A stretch of 63,845 bases of DNA, filler included. It is 4 parts of 4 records of this genome, joined end to end, with 100 filler letters (N's around TTAATTAATTAA, not from the genome) between each part and the next. Parts side by side here need not be neighbours in the genome. Positions count along the whole stretch, not along the records: positions 19,286 to 38,160 come from SRR2962707_2172; 3 more parts are not named here. One strand, given 5' to 3'. Numbering within the stretch: the first letter of the stretch is position 1; every line of letters begins with the position of its first letter. The notes below the pieces were generated by a model. It searched no databases, was not told the origin of the DNA, and saw only the letters and a program-made list of their open reading frames with translations. The position numbers were made by a program, and so were the translations under genes. Below are positions 19,694-29,492 of this stretch, in pieces.

Positions 19694-21361
19694 TTACGTG
19701 CCGTTCAGAATCCAGCCTGCCGCCTTCTCCGCAATCATCAGTGTGGGGGAATTGGTATTACCGCTGGTGATGGTCGGCATGACACCGGCATCCACCACGC
19801 GCAGGCCGGCGACGCCACGAACTCTGAGGTGAGGGTCGACGACTGCCATGTCATCGTCTGCCCGCCCCATGCGGGTGGTTCCCACAGGGTGAAAAATCGT
19901 GGTGCCAATGTCTCCCGCCAACCGGGTAAGTTCCTCATCGGTCTGGTACTGAAGGCCCGGCTTGAACTCTTCCGGCTCATACTTGGCCAATGCCTGTTGC
20001 TCTGCAATGCGGCGCGTTACCCTAAGGGAATCCGCTGCGACCTTGCGGTCTTCCTCGGTGTTCAGGTAGTTGGGGGCAATGGCGGGCTTGATTCTGGAGT
20101 CCCGGCTACGAATACGCACGGTACCGCGGCTCGTCGGGTTGAGGTTACAAACACTGGCGGTAATGGCTGGAAAGTCATGCAAAGGCTGGCCAAATGCCTC
20201 CAGACTCAATGGCTGAACGTGGTACTGGATGTTGGCGTACTCATATTCTTCGGAACTGCGGGTAAACAGACAGAGTTGGGAGGGAGCCATGCTCATGGGG
20301 CCGGAGCGGGTAAGCAGATACTCCAGCCCAATTCGTGCCTTGCCAATCAGTGAGTTGGCCATGGTGTTCAGGGTCTTCGCGCCCCGAACCTTGTAGACCG
20401 ATCGAATCTGCAGGTGATCCTGAAGATTCTCGCCGACGCCGGGTAAGTCGGCAACAACCGGGATATCGTGTTCCCGAAGCAGATCCGCGGGGCCAATGCC
20501 CGACAGCTGCAGCAACTGGGGGGATCCGATAGCGCCGGCTGAGAGGATGACTTCGCGGCGTGCGTGGGCGGTGATTTCTCCCTCTCCCGGTCGCTCCACA
20601 CGTACGCCGGTGCATCGGGGCATTTCACCGGCCGCCATGTCCAGCGCCATGACATGGGTGGAATGCCACAGTGTCAGGTTAGGGCGCGTCTTGGCCGGCC
20701 GCAGGAACGCCTTCGAGGTGCTCCAGCGCCAGCCGGAGCGCTGGTTGACTTCGAAGTAGTCAACGCCTTCGTTGTCGCCGCGGTTGAAGTCCCGGGTTCG
20801 GGGAATGCCAGCCTGAACGCAGGCGCTGGCAAAATCCTCCAGAACGGTCCATTTCAGCCGCTGATGCTCGATCCGCCACTCACCGCCGTGGCCGTGGTAA
20901 TTCCCGTGTTCCGGATCGGCGTCGCCTTCTTCGTCCAACCGGTAGTGATCTTCATGACGCATAAAGTCGGGTAGGCAGTTATCCCATGACCACGCCTGCT
21001 CTCCGGTAACATCGGCCCAGTGGTTGTAATCCCGGGCCTGGCCACGAATGTAGAGCATGCCATTGATGCTGGAGCAGCCACCCAGGGTTTTCCCCCTGGG
21101 GTAGATCAGTGATCGACCATTCAGGCCGGGGTCCGGCTCGGTGCGAAAGCGCCAGTCCGTGCGCGGATTGTCGATGCAATAAAGGTAGCCCACTGGAATA
21201 TGGATCCAGTGGTAATTGTCACGACCGCCCGCCTCGATCAGCAGCACCCGGTTGGCCGGGTCGGCACTCAGACGGTTAGCCAGCAGGCAGCCGGCAGAGC
21301 CGGCCCCGACGACGATGTAATCAAACTCGTGCTGCCCGTGTGCATTGTTGTTATTGGACAT
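19694..21361 (-). CDS. GMC oxidoreductase (choline dehydrogenase-like; candidate 3-hydroxypropionate dehydrogenase)
   Basis: GAGSAG, RGKTLGGCSSINGM, GENLQDH, FHPVGT, GNTNSP motifs. Confidence 0.93.
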   Translation of the reverse strand: MSNNNNAHGQHEFDYIVVGAGSAGCLLANRLSADPANRVLLIEAGGRDNYHWIHIPVGYLYCIDNPRTDWRFRTEPDPGLNGRSLIYPRGKTLGGCSSINGMLYIRGQARDYNHWADVTGEQAWSWDNCLPDFMRHEDHYRLDEEGDADPEHGNYHGHGGEWRIEHQRLKWTVLEDFASACVQAGIPRTRDFNRGDNEGVDYFEVNQRSGWRWSTSKAFLRPAKTRPNLTLWHSTHVMALDMAAGEMPRCTGVRVERPGEGEITAHARREVILSAGAIGSPQLLQLSGIGPADLLREHDIPVVADLPGVGENLQDHLQIRSVYKVRGAKTLNTMANSLIGKARIGLEYLLTRSGPMSMAPSQLCLFTRSSEEYEYANIQYHVQPLSLEAFGQPLHDFPAITASVCNLNPTSRGTVRIRSRDSRIKPAIAPNYLNTEEDRKVAADSLRVTRRIAEQQALAKYEPEEFKPGLQYQTDEELTRLAGDIGTTIFHPVGTTRMGRADDDMAVVDPHLRVRGVAGLRVVDAGVMPTITSGNTNSPTLMIAEKAAGWILNGT

Positions 21362-21388
21362 GGTCTGTCTCCAGGACTGGTTTGCGTG

Positions 21389-22900
21389 TTACTTGGCGGT
21401 TGGCATCACAAACTCGGCACCGGCATCGATGGAGTCTGACCAGCGCTGCATAATGGATTTCTGCCGAGTATAGAATTTAACGCCCTCTTCACCGTAGGCA
21501 TGGGTGTCGCCAAACATTGAGCGTTTCCAGCCACCGAATCCGTGCCAGGCCATGGGAACCGGAATGGGCACGTTGATACCGACCATGCCAATCTGAATGC
21601 GACGGCCAAATTCACGGGCGACGCTGCCGCTCTCGGTGAAACAGCTGACACCGTTGCCGAATTCATGATCATTGATCAGACGGATGGCGGTCGCAACATC
21701 GGGAACCCGCACACAGGCCAGCACCGGGCCGAAGATCTCTTCCCGGTAAATTGTCATCTCCGGTGTGACATGATCGAACAGCGTACCACCCATCCAGAAA
21801 CCTTCGCCGCAGCCTTCACCCGTTGACGCTGCATCGAAGTCGCGGCCGTCGACCACCAGTTCAGCGCCTTCAGCCACACCTTTATCAATATAACCGGTAA
21901 TGCGCTGGTGAGCGCTGGCACTGACAATCGGACCCATTTCGGCGTCCAGGTCCATGCCGTTCCTGACCTTCAGGCTGCGTGCCCTCTCGGCCAGCCTGGG
22001 GATGAGTTTGTCAGCGACATCACCGACCAGAACCGCCACGCTGATGGCCATGCAACGTTCGCCGGCACTGCCGTAACCAGCGCCAATGAGTGCATCCACG
22101 GCTTTGTCCAGATCGGCATCGGGCATAACCACCATGTGGTTCTTGGCGCCGCCGAGGGCCTGAATGCGCTTGCCGTGACGGGCGCCATTTTCATAGATCA
22201 GATTGGCAATCGGAGTGGAGCCGACAAAACTCAGCGCCATGACGTCCGGGTGGTCAATGAGCGCTTCCACCGCACCCTTGTCACCCTGCACCACATTGAA
22301 GACGCCGTCGGGCAGGCCAGCCTGTTTGAGCAAATCAGCGAGCATCAGAGATGCACTGGGGTCGATTGGGCTGGGCTTGAGCACAAAGGTATTGCCGGCA
22401 GCGATCGCCACCGGGAACATCCACATGGGCACCATCACCGGGAAGTTAAACGGCGTAATACCAGCGACCACGCCCAGGGGCTGGCGGGTCGTCCAGTTAT
22501 CGATACCGGTACTGACCTGTTCGGTATAGTCGCCTTTGAGAAGCTGGGGAATACCGCAGGCAAACTCCACGATATCAATCCCCCGGGCAACTTCCCCCTG
22601 AGCGTCGGTAAAGACCTTGCCATGTTCGCGAGTAATCGTTTCGGCCAGTTCGTCTTTGTGCTGGTTAAGCAGTTCCAGAAACCTGAACATGACACGTGCG
22701 CGACGAATCGGCGGGGTGTCCGCCCAGCTTGGGAAGGCAGCAGACGCAGCGGCCACGGCCTGATCAACATCATAGCGGTTGGCAAGAGCGGTCTGGCCTG
22801 AGACCTTGCCGGTAGCGGGATTGAATACGTCCTGAGTTTGGCCGGAGCTGCCTTCTGAAATTCGCCCATTGATATAATGCTGGATCGCTGGATTGCTCAT
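21389..22900 (-). CDS. mmsA: CoA-acylating (methyl)malonate-semialdehyde dehydrogenase
   Basis: [21 protein letters not shown] (catalytic Cys), [18 protein letters not shown] at 22900 after an AGGA RBS. Confidence 0.93.
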   Translation of the reverse strand: MSNPAIQHYINGRISEGSSGQTQDVFNPATGKVSGQTALANRYDVDQAVAAASAAFPSWADTPPIRRARVMFRFLELLNQHKDELAETITREHGKVFTDAQGEVARGIDIVEFACGIPQLLKGDYTEQVSTGIDNWTTRQPLGVVAGITPFNFPVMVPMWMFPVAIAAGNTFVLKPSPIDPSASLMLADLLKQAGLPDGVFNVVQGDKGAVEALIDHPDVMALSFVGSTPIANLIYENGARHGKRIQALGGAKNHMVVMPDADLDKAVDALIGAGYGSAGERCMAISVAVLVGDVADKLIPRLAERARSLKVRNGMDLDAEMGPIVSASAHQRITGYIDKGVAEGAELVVDGRDFDAASTGEGCGEGFWMGGTLFDHVTPEMTIYREEIFGPVLACVRVPDVATAIRLINDHEFGNGVSCFTESGSVAREFGRRIQIGMVGINVPIPVPMAWHGFGGWKRSMFGDTHAYGEEGVKFYTRQKSIMQRWSDSIDAGAEFVMPTAK

Positions 22901-23044
22901 GGTTGTCTTTTCCTGTTTTTGATTCAGTTTGTTGTAAGGGCTCTGGAAGCCATTAATCGGGGCATTCGTCGCCATTGAATAAGAATTGAACAGATAATTT
23001 ACGGTTGGTCAGGTACCGAAGCAATTGAGTTATTTTAAATCATG

Positions 23045-23063
23045 ATATAAGTAATGCTTATAT
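23045..23063. promoter_or_regulatory. LysR-type operator
   Basis: Palindrome ATATAAG-TAATG-CTTATAT containing T-N11-A, between divergent mmsA and LysR. Confidence 0.65.
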
Positions 23064-23088
23064 TGAAGCTCAGGAGGGAACGACGGCT

Positions 23089-24033
23089 ATGCAACACTTG
23101 CAGGGATTACGTGCCTTTGTGTCTGTGGCTCGTGAGGGGAGTGTTTCCAGGGCTGCCGAGCGACTGCATCTGACACAGCCGGCCGTGAGCCTGAAGCTGA
23201 AACAGTTACAAGATGATCTTGGCCTCAGGCTTTTTCGGCGTAAGCCGCAGGGTTTGGTGCTGAGTGCTGATGGTCACAACCTGTTGCCGGTGGCCGAAAA
23301 GGCGTTGGCGGGGATAGCTGCATTTGAGCAAAGCGCCCAGGCATTGCACAGCACTGTTCGTGGACGCCTTAAGATTGGCACCATCGTGGATCCGGAATTT
23401 ATCCGTCTGGGGTCGTTTCTACACCAATTGGTGGCTCGCGCGCCCCAACTTGAAACCGAGCTGCATCAGGGAATGAGTGGCCGGGTTCTGGAACAGGTTC
23501 GTAATGGCAGCCTGGACGTTGGTTTTTTTCTTGCCCCGCCAGGTCTGGGCGCTGGACAGTCATCGCCAGAGTTAATGTACAGAGAGCTGACCCGGTTTGA
23601 CTATCACGTTATTGCACCGGCGGGATGGGCGTCACGGGTGGCGGACAGTCGCTGGTCGAGCCTCGCCGGGCTCCCGTGGATCGTGACACCGCCGGATTCA
23701 GTGCACAATCGGTTATTGGCTGACGCAATGGAGCCTCATGGATTGGTTCCAAATGGCGTTGCACAGGTCGACCAGGAAGCCTGCATGCTGGACCTGGTCA
23801 GGGCGGGCGTCGGGCTCAGCCTGGCCCGGGATGCCCTGGCGATGGCAGAGCGACAGGAACGGGGGCTGGTCGTTGTGGAAGGCGTGCGTATCCCCTGTGC
23901 CCTGAGTTTTATCTGGCGCAAGGACCGTGAGGAGGAGCTGGTGATTGCAGAGGCGCTGGAGGCTCTTGCCGGTGTGTGGTTGTTTGAGACTCTTGATGAC
24001 ATCGACCGTGAAAATCGGCCCATTAGCCCGTGA
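23089..24033 (+). CDS. LysR-family regulator divergent from mmsA-GMC
   Basis: SVSRAAERLHLTQPAVSLKLKQLQ HTH. Confidence 0.95.
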   Translation: MQHLQGLRAFVSVAREGSVSRAAERLHLTQPAVSLKLKQLQDDLGLRLFRRKPQGLVLSADGHNLLPVAEKALAGIAAFEQSAQALHSTVRGRLKIGTIVDPEFIRLGSFLHQLVARAPQLETELHQGMSGRVLEQVRNGSLDVGFFLAPPGLGAGQSSPELMYRELTRFDYHVIAPAGWASRVADSRWSSLAGLPWIVTPPDSVHNRLLADAMEPHGLVPNGVAQVDQEACMLDLVRAGVGLSLARDALAMAERQERGLVVVEGVRIPCALSFIWRKDREEELVIAEALEALAGVWLFETLDDIDRENRPISP

Positions 24034-24925
24034 CACTGTCCATCAGGCGCTGGCGGAACCAAATATGGGCCGGGTCATTGTCCATCATCGGTGCCCACAG
24101 CAGGTAGACCGGCAACGAGGGTACCTCTACCGGAAACGGCAGGGTCTTCAGCCCGAATGCCCGGGCGTACTGCTGGGCCAGACGTTCGGGCACCGTGGCA
24201 ATCATGTCGGAGCGGCTGCAGGTGGCCAGCATACTGGCGAACTGGGTGACCCGGGCCCCGGTTCGCCGCTGCCAACCCGGTTCGTTGAGGATCTGGTCCA
24301 GAGGCAAGCGCCGGTTCCGATCCGGCAGTACGACGTGTTCGGCGTCCAGAAACTGCTGTTTGCTGCAATCGCCCTGCAGGTCTGGGTGGTCCTGTCGTGC
24401 CACCACCGCAAGCCTCTCCGCGAGAAGCACTTGCCGCCGTAGTCGATCGTTCTCTGTTGCAAAGGCATCCACGGCAAGATCCGCTTCGGCGGTATACAGC
24501 CTCTGGGGCATGTCATCGCCGGCCAGGGCGACCTCCACCACCACATTGGGCGCCTCGCTTCTCAGGCGTGTCAGTAACGTTGGTAACACCACCATTTCGA
24601 AATAGTCGTTGCTTAGCACGCGAAAGCGTCGCTGGCTGGTGCCGGGCACAAAGCGATTGGCCGGGTCCAGTGTGTCGCGCATGGCGCCGAGTTGCTGGCT
24701 GAGGCTTCTGTGCAGCTCACGGGCGCGGGGCGTCGGCACCATACCCTGATGGGTACGCACAAACAGTGGATCACCCAGGGTATGACGCAGGCGCTGCAAT
24801 GCGGCACTGATGGCGGGCTGGCTCATGCCCAGGGTGTCTGCGGCACGGGAGAGTTGCCCGGCTTCCATAATGGCGTCGAACACCGGCAGTAGGTTGAGGT
24901 CGACGCTTCGTAAGTTCAGTTTCAT
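24023..24925 (-). CDS. LysR-family regulator (NodD/LeuO-like) divergent from the desaturase
   Basis: DLNLLPVFDAI..SRAADTLGMSQPAISAALQRLR; DPAHIWFR. Confidence 0.95.
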   Translation of the reverse strand: MKLNLRSVDLNLLPVFDAIMEAGQLSRAADTLGMSQPAISAALQRLRHTLGDPLFVRTHQGMVPTPRARELHRSLSQQLGAMRDTLDPANRFVPGTSQRRFRVLSNDYFEMVVLPTLLTRLRSEAPNVVVEVALAGDDMPQRLYTAEADLAVDAFATENDRLRRQVLLAERLAVVARQDHPDLQGDCSKQQFLDAEHVVLPDRNRRLPLDQILNEPGWQRRTGARVTQFASMLATCSRSDMIATVPERLAQQYARAFGLKTLPFPVEVPSLPVYLLWAPMMDNDPAHIWFRQRLMDSVTG

Positions 24926-25016
24926 GGATAATACTTATACCAAATATTGAATAGAAAGATATAGCTCTCCCCAGTAGCGTCAGAAGACGTACAAACCCTC
25001 GTCTCGGAGAACAATA

Positions 25017-25889
25017 ATGGACGATCAGAAACTGACGATGCTGGTTACGGCTTTTATTGTGGTTACCGCCCTTTGGGAGGTAGTCAGCGGCCGTACCCGT
25101 GAAGGTCGCAAGAACACGCAGGACTGGCGCATGGCATTTCTTGCCACGTTCATGATGGTGGCGGTGCAAAGGCCGTTGGTGTTGCTGTTGCTGACGCTGG
25201 GTCTGTCAACGCTGATTCCTGGCAGCGCCGGTTCACTGGCCTGGCTCGAACAGGCGTATTTCTGGCCCACGTTGATCGTGTTTTTCTGCGTGGAAGAGTT
25301 TATCCACGGCAGTTTCCACCTGTTTGCCCACCGGCGCCGACCCAATAACCGTGTTCTGCAATGGGTTCAGGCGTTTTACAAGATGAGCCACCGCCCGCAC
25401 CACATGTCGGGCGGCCAGGACAACAAGGGCCAATTGACGGTAACGCAGACCTTCGTCAATGGCTGGGCCTGGTGGCTGATCATGCCCAACTACACCTTCC
25501 AGTTGCTGTGTCTTTATCTGGGGCTGGTAGAGGTGTTCCTGATTGCCACCGCCTTCAAGGGACTATGGGCGGCCCATACTCATGTGAACTGGAATTATGA
25601 CCTGTATTTCCACAACCACCGCTGGGCCTGGGTTCGCAAGACCATGTGGGCACTGGCGCATATTCTGGTCTTTCCCACTCAGCACCACCATCATCACGCC
25701 CGCGGGCCCAATTCAGCCAAGAATGTGACCTCCACGCTGGCGATTTACGATTGGCTGGTGTTTGGCACCCTCGCCATTGAAACCAGCAAACCCAAGGTCT
25801 ATGGCTGGCGCCAGAAAGACCACGAGGCAAACAGTGCATTGAAACGCTATTTCTGCTGGGATGTTCGACCCTACGTGCCAAAAACCTAG
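25017..25889 (+). CDS. Sterol desaturase/fatty-acid hydroxylase superfamily membrane protein
   Basis: TM helices; His boxes HGSFH, HRPHH, HTH, HHHHH; YDWLVFGT. Confidence 0.85.
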   Translation: MDDQKLTMLVTAFIVVTALWEVVSGRTREGRKNTQDWRMAFLATFMMVAVQRPLVLLLLTLGLSTLIPGSAGSLAWLEQAYFWPTLIVFFCVEEFIHGSFHLFAHRRRPNNRVLQWVQAFYKMSHRPHHMSGGQDNKGQLTVTQTFVNGWAWWLIMPNYTFQLLCLYLGLVEVFLIATAFKGLWAAHTHVNWNYDLYFHNHRWAWVRKTMWALAHILVFPTQHHHHHARGPNSAKNVTSTLAIYDWLVFGTLAIETSKPKVYGWRQKDHEANSALKRYFCWDVRPYVPKT

Positions 25890-25905
25890 GCGGTGAAATT
25901 TTTTT

Positions 25906-25930
25906 GGAATAAACGCCAGGCTCAGCCGTC
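25906..25930 (+). promoter_or_regulatory. Putative ECF-sigma promoter 1
   Basis: GGAAT-aaacgccaggctcag-CCGTC (N15), 48 bp before ATG 25978. Confidence 0.7.
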
Positions 25931-25977
25931 TCCCTGATGAAAGCCACCCGAAACGGGTAAATCAGGAGGACGTAACC

Positions 25978-26490
25978 ATGAAAAAGCATGTACTGACACT
26001 CGCAATCTGTTCCATTCTTTCCACCGGCGTTTTCGCCGCAGGAGGGTCTGGCGCGGCCAATGCAAACGCGCAGGCTGAAACCAACATGAGTGCGGAAGCT
26101 AGCACCCGCAACGGTGTTTCCGCGAATGGTGGTGCCTCTGCAAGCGCAGAGGGCAGTGTCAACGGCGAAGCCGCTCGAGACGAAGCTGCCGACCAACGCC
26201 AGGCGGCCAGTGAAGAAGCCCGCGGAAGGGCCGATCAGGCGGTCAGCGCTGGCGTTGAAACCGGCCAGAAGGTGCGAGCAACCGCCGATGCTACAGCGGA
26301 CACGGCTCGCGATGAAGCTGGTGAGAAGCGCGAACAGGCGCAAGAGCGCATGAACGAGACCCGAAATGCTGAAATTCGCGCTGAAACCAATCAGCAGATC
26401 GGAACGTCTGTATCTGAGAGCGTCCGGAGTGAAGTGCAGAACTCCGTCAAGGGGACCGTGAAAGGGTCCGGCAGTGGTGGCCTGCTATAA
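25978..26490 (+). CDS. Secreted Ala/Glu/Ser/Gln-rich low-complexity protein
   Basis: AGGAGG RBS; Sec signal MKKHVLTLAICSILSTGVFA; mature chain has no F/W/Y/H/C/P. Confidence 0.85.
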   Translation: MKKHVLTLAICSILSTGVFAAGGSGAANANAQAETNMSAEASTRNGVSANGGASASAEGSVNGEAARDEAADQRQAASEEARGRADQAVSAGVETGQKVRATADATADTARDEAGEKREQAQERMNETRNAEIRAETNQQIGTSVSESVRSEVQNSVKGTVKGSGSGGLL

Positions 26491-26506
26491 CCACTCCTCC
26501 AGACTC

Positions 26507-26534
26507 GCCGGGCCATAGGGCCCGGCTTTCTTTT
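26507..26534 (+). terminator. Intrinsic terminator/attenuator between the secreted protein and barrel genes
   Basis: GCCGGGCC-ATAG-GGCCCGGC followed by TTTCTTTT. Confidence 0.7.
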
Positions 26535-26559
26535 GGACGCCCAAGTGAAAGGAGCAGAC

Positions 26560-27528
26560 ATGCAGTTGATTCAACGTATTTTGACCTTGCCCCTGGCCAT
26601 TGGCCTGGCGTCACCGGTATTAATGGTTCAGGCGCAGGAGAAAGCGTCAGCGAACGGATATCTTGAAGGCGGTTACGAGCACGACAGCAACGTGACCGTG
26701 GATGAACTGAACACGTCCGCCGATGAGAGCGATCAGGCCTGGGTTTTCGACGCCGGTCTGGAAGGCATCCTGAAACCCACCGAGCGGTTAAACGTGACGC
26801 TCGGCTATTCGCTCTCGGGCAGACGGTACCAGAACCTTGATGAATTCGATCAGGACATTCACCTGCTGTCGGCCGATGTCAGTTATGACTTCGACCCGGT
26901 CACCGTTGGCACCAGTTACTACTATTCCCACGCAACCCTGGGGTCAGACCCGTTCCTCGATTTCCGGCGTGCCAGTGTCTATCTGGGCAGCCTGCTCGCG
27001 GAGGACGTTTATCTGCGTGGCAGCCTGCAGGACAAGCGCAAGGAATTTGATGACAGTGATGCGCGGGATGCCGAGATAAAAGGCGCCAGTCTGGATGCGT
27101 TCTTCTTTTTCAACCAGGCCCAGAGCCACTTTCTACTCGGCCTTGACGGTGATCGCGAAGATGCGGAGGCGAAAGCCTACGACAATGACCTGCTTCGCGT
27201 TCGGGTAGCGTTGGTGCATCGGTTTATCCTGGCCGGCGAGGAAAACCGCCTGCGGTTTGGCTGGCGTTACGAGGACAGGGAGTATGAAGAGGTGACCGTC
27301 ACCAGTACCAGCCCGGTTCTGACGGACCCTCTGACCGGTGACCTTACCGAACGCTCAAGCAATGAGCGGGCGGACAAAGCCCGTATTCTGGAGGCCAGCT
27401 GGCGGATTGGACTCAACGAGGTGTTTAGTGTTGAGCCCAGTGTTTCCTGGGGCCAGTACACCTCGAACGTGGATTCTGCGGATTACGACAAGACGGTGGC
27501 GGGGGTGACGCTCAGGGCGGATTTCTGA
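26560..27528 (+). CDS. Outer-membrane beta-barrel protein (possibly DUF560/Slam-like barrel)
   Basis: AGGAG RBS; signal peptide; GGYEHDSNV first strand; alternating amphipathic strands; C-terminal VTLRADF. Confidence 0.8.
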   Translation: MQLIQRILTLPLAIGLASPVLMVQAQEKASANGYLEGGYEHDSNVTVDELNTSADESDQAWVFDAGLEGILKPTERLNVTLGYSLSGRRYQNLDEFDQDIHLLSADVSYDFDPVTVGTSYYYSHATLGSDPFLDFRRASVYLGSLLAEDVYLRGSLQDKRKEFDDSDARDAEIKGASLDAFFFFNQAQSHFLLGLDGDREDAEAKAYDNDLLRVRVALVHRFILAGEENRLRFGWRYEDREYEEVTVTSTSPVLTDPLTGDLTERSSNERADKARILEASWRIGLNEVFSVEPSVSWGQYTSNVDSADYDKTVAGVTLRADF

Positions 27529-27538
27529 AACCCGACAG

Positions 27539-28873
27539 TCAGAAATCCAGAAAGCCGTGACCGAATTCGGTGTCCCGGCCAGGACGGCCAAGATCCTTCG
27601 CTGCATTGATCAGGGCACCAATGGCCTTGTCTTCCGAAAGTTCATTACGTTGGCAGGCCAATGCAGCGGCAACCACTGGCGACGCCAGCGAGGTGCCGCT
27701 GTCTGCAACCATGCCGGCATCAGGGTGTGCTACCGGAACGGTGACGCCGTTGCTGGCAAACATCACCTGTTCACCCCGATTGGCCCAGCGGTAGAGCTTC
27801 CCGGAACTATCAGCCGCCGTCACACCGATCACTTCCGTGTAGGCGGCCGGATATAGTGGCGGGGCAGAGGGCCCTTGATTGCCTACCGCCGCAACCATCA
27901 GCACGCCGCGCTCCCTGAGGCGGCTCACCGCCGCGGCGAGAAGCTGGTTGTCCGGGCCGGTCAGGCTGATGTTGATAACCGACAAATCCTGACCGGCCAG
28001 CCAGTTCAGGCCTTCCAGTAAATGACCAAGTGTGGCGCCTGAGAGGGTGCGATCCCGGTCATAGAACACCGAGGCATTGAAGATCGTAGCCTGCGGCAGC
28101 CGGGCAGGCCATTGCCCAGGCCGGTTTCCCACCAGCAGGCTGGCGACGGCCGTGCCGTGAATTGCCGGCTCAGTCAGTGTTCCGTCCACTTCCGCCAATG
28201 CCAGAAAACGCTCCTGCACAACCTGTGCATTTTCAAATACCCGATGGTCTGTGGCAATGGACGTATCCACCATTCCAACGCGAACCGGGGCGGTGCAGAG
28301 GCTACGCCACTGTGGCACTTTGGTCTCTGACAGGGGCTCTTTCGCACCCGTTTGCGGAGCATAGATATGGTTGCGGTCCAGCCGATCCGCGAGTTCTGGT
28401 AGGGCGTCCTGTAGGGCATTATGGGAATCCAGCTCGGCAGTGACCCGGAACCGCACCACGGTCATACCCAGGCCGGTCAGCTCTCGGCGTTCGAGAACTG
28501 TGATCCCCGGCTGGTCAAGGCGGGCGAGTTCCGCAGCGGTACCGGTCACCAGCCACTGACCTTCCACGGCACGGAAACCGTCGTCCAGTTGGATATCATT
28601 GAACGCTTTCTGTCCCTGACGCGTGAGAATGGGAAGGACTGACGGTAACGCTTCGAGCTGTTCCATGAGCTCTGTGGCCTGTGTGTTGATCTGCTTCTCA
28701 AGGCGACGGTCCATGGCCTGCTCCACCATGCGCTGTGTCTTCTGTTCAACCTGGCGGGTTATCGGATCTATCTGGCCGCTGGTTACGTCACCGACACCGA
28801 TGGACAAGGCCGGTGCGGAAAGCGTGCAAAGAGCGATTGCAGGGAACAAGTGTCTCAAGAGAAAAGGTTTCAT
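27539..28873 (-). CDS. Secreted S8 subtilisin-family serine peptidase
   Basis: Signal peptide; triad VGMVDT / HGTAVA / SGTSLASP; AAVGN oxyanion Asn. Confidence 0.93.
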   Translation of the reverse strand: MKPFLLRHLFPAIALCTLSAPALSIGVGDVTSGQIDPITRQVEQKTQRMVEQAMDRRLEKQINTQATELMEQLEALPSVLPILTRQGQKAFNDIQLDDGFRAVEGQWLVTGTAAELARLDQPGITVLERRELTGLGMTVVRFRVTAELDSHNALQDALPELADRLDRNHIYAPQTGAKEPLSETKVPQWRSLCTAPVRVGMVDTSIATDHRVFENAQVVQERFLALAEVDGTLTEPAIHGTAVASLLVGNRPGQWPARLPQATIFNASVFYDRDRTLSGATLGHLLEGLNWLAGQDLSVINISLTGPDNQLLAAAVSRLRERGVLMVAAVGNQGPSAPPLYPAAYTEVIGVTAADSSGKLYRWANRGEQVMFASNGVTVPVAHPDAGMVADSGTSLASPVVAAALACQRNELSEDKAIGALINAAKDLGRPGRDTEFGHGFLDF

Positions 28874-28910
28874 CGTGCCCGTCCGATTAAAGATGTGTGT
28901 CATACGATAC

Positions 28911-28935
28911 AACGGCCCGGCGGAAAAAAAATTCC
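28911..28935 (-). promoter_or_regulatory. Putative ECF-sigma promoter 2 (S8 gene)
   Basis: Minus strand GGAAT-tttttttccgccggg-CCGTT (N15). Confidence 0.7.
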
Positions 28936-28944
28936 TTCGTTCAT

Positions 28945-28969
28945 GGAATAAATCGGTTTCACGACCGTT
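28945..28969 (+). promoter_or_regulatory. Putative ECF-sigma promoter 3 (autoregulatory)
   Basis: GGAAT-aaatcggtttcacga-CCGTT (N15) upstream of the sigma gene. Confidence 0.7.
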
Positions 28970-29000
28970 TTACCGATAACACCTTTGGAAATGGAAGGCT

Positions 29001-29492
29001 ATGAAAGAGGAAATCACCGAACTATTACCAAGGCTCCGACGATTCGCCTACTCGTTGACCGGCTCCCTGTCAGACGCCGACGACCTGCTACAGAATACGG
29101 TGGAGCGTTTGTTGACCCGGGACATGCCGGACGACGCCGACCTTACCAAGTGGGCATTCCGGGTTTGCCGTAACGTCTGGATAGACGAGTGTCGCGCGCG
29201 TAAGGTTCGGCGGGACGCCGCGGAACATCCGGAGTTGACGGATGGCCAGGTGATCAATGGCGAGCACCAGACCACCAAAGAGATCGAATGGCACCGAGTG
29301 GACGCTGCGATGGCAAGATTGCCACAGGACCAACGCCAGATTATCTCCCTGGTGGCAATCCAGGGCATGCCCTACAAAATCGTGGCTGAGATTCTGGAAG
29401 TGCCCAAGGGTACGGTGATGAGCCGGCTGGCCCGAGCCAGGGTGGCATTAAGCGAGGCCCTGGCGCCTGTAACCATGAGGACCGATTCATGA
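29001..29492 (+). CDS. ECF RNA polymerase sigma factor
   Basis: LPRLRRFAYSLTG..DADDLLQ (region 2); AEILEVPKGTVMSRLARAR (region 4). Confidence 0.95.
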   Translation: MKEEITELLPRLRRFAYSLTGSLSDADDLLQNTVERLLTRDMPDDADLTKWAFRVCRNVWIDECRARKVRRDAAEHPELTDGQVINGEHQTTKEIEWHRVDAAMARLPQDQRQIISLVAIQGMPYKIVAEILEVPKGTVMSRLARARVALSEALAPVTMRTDS

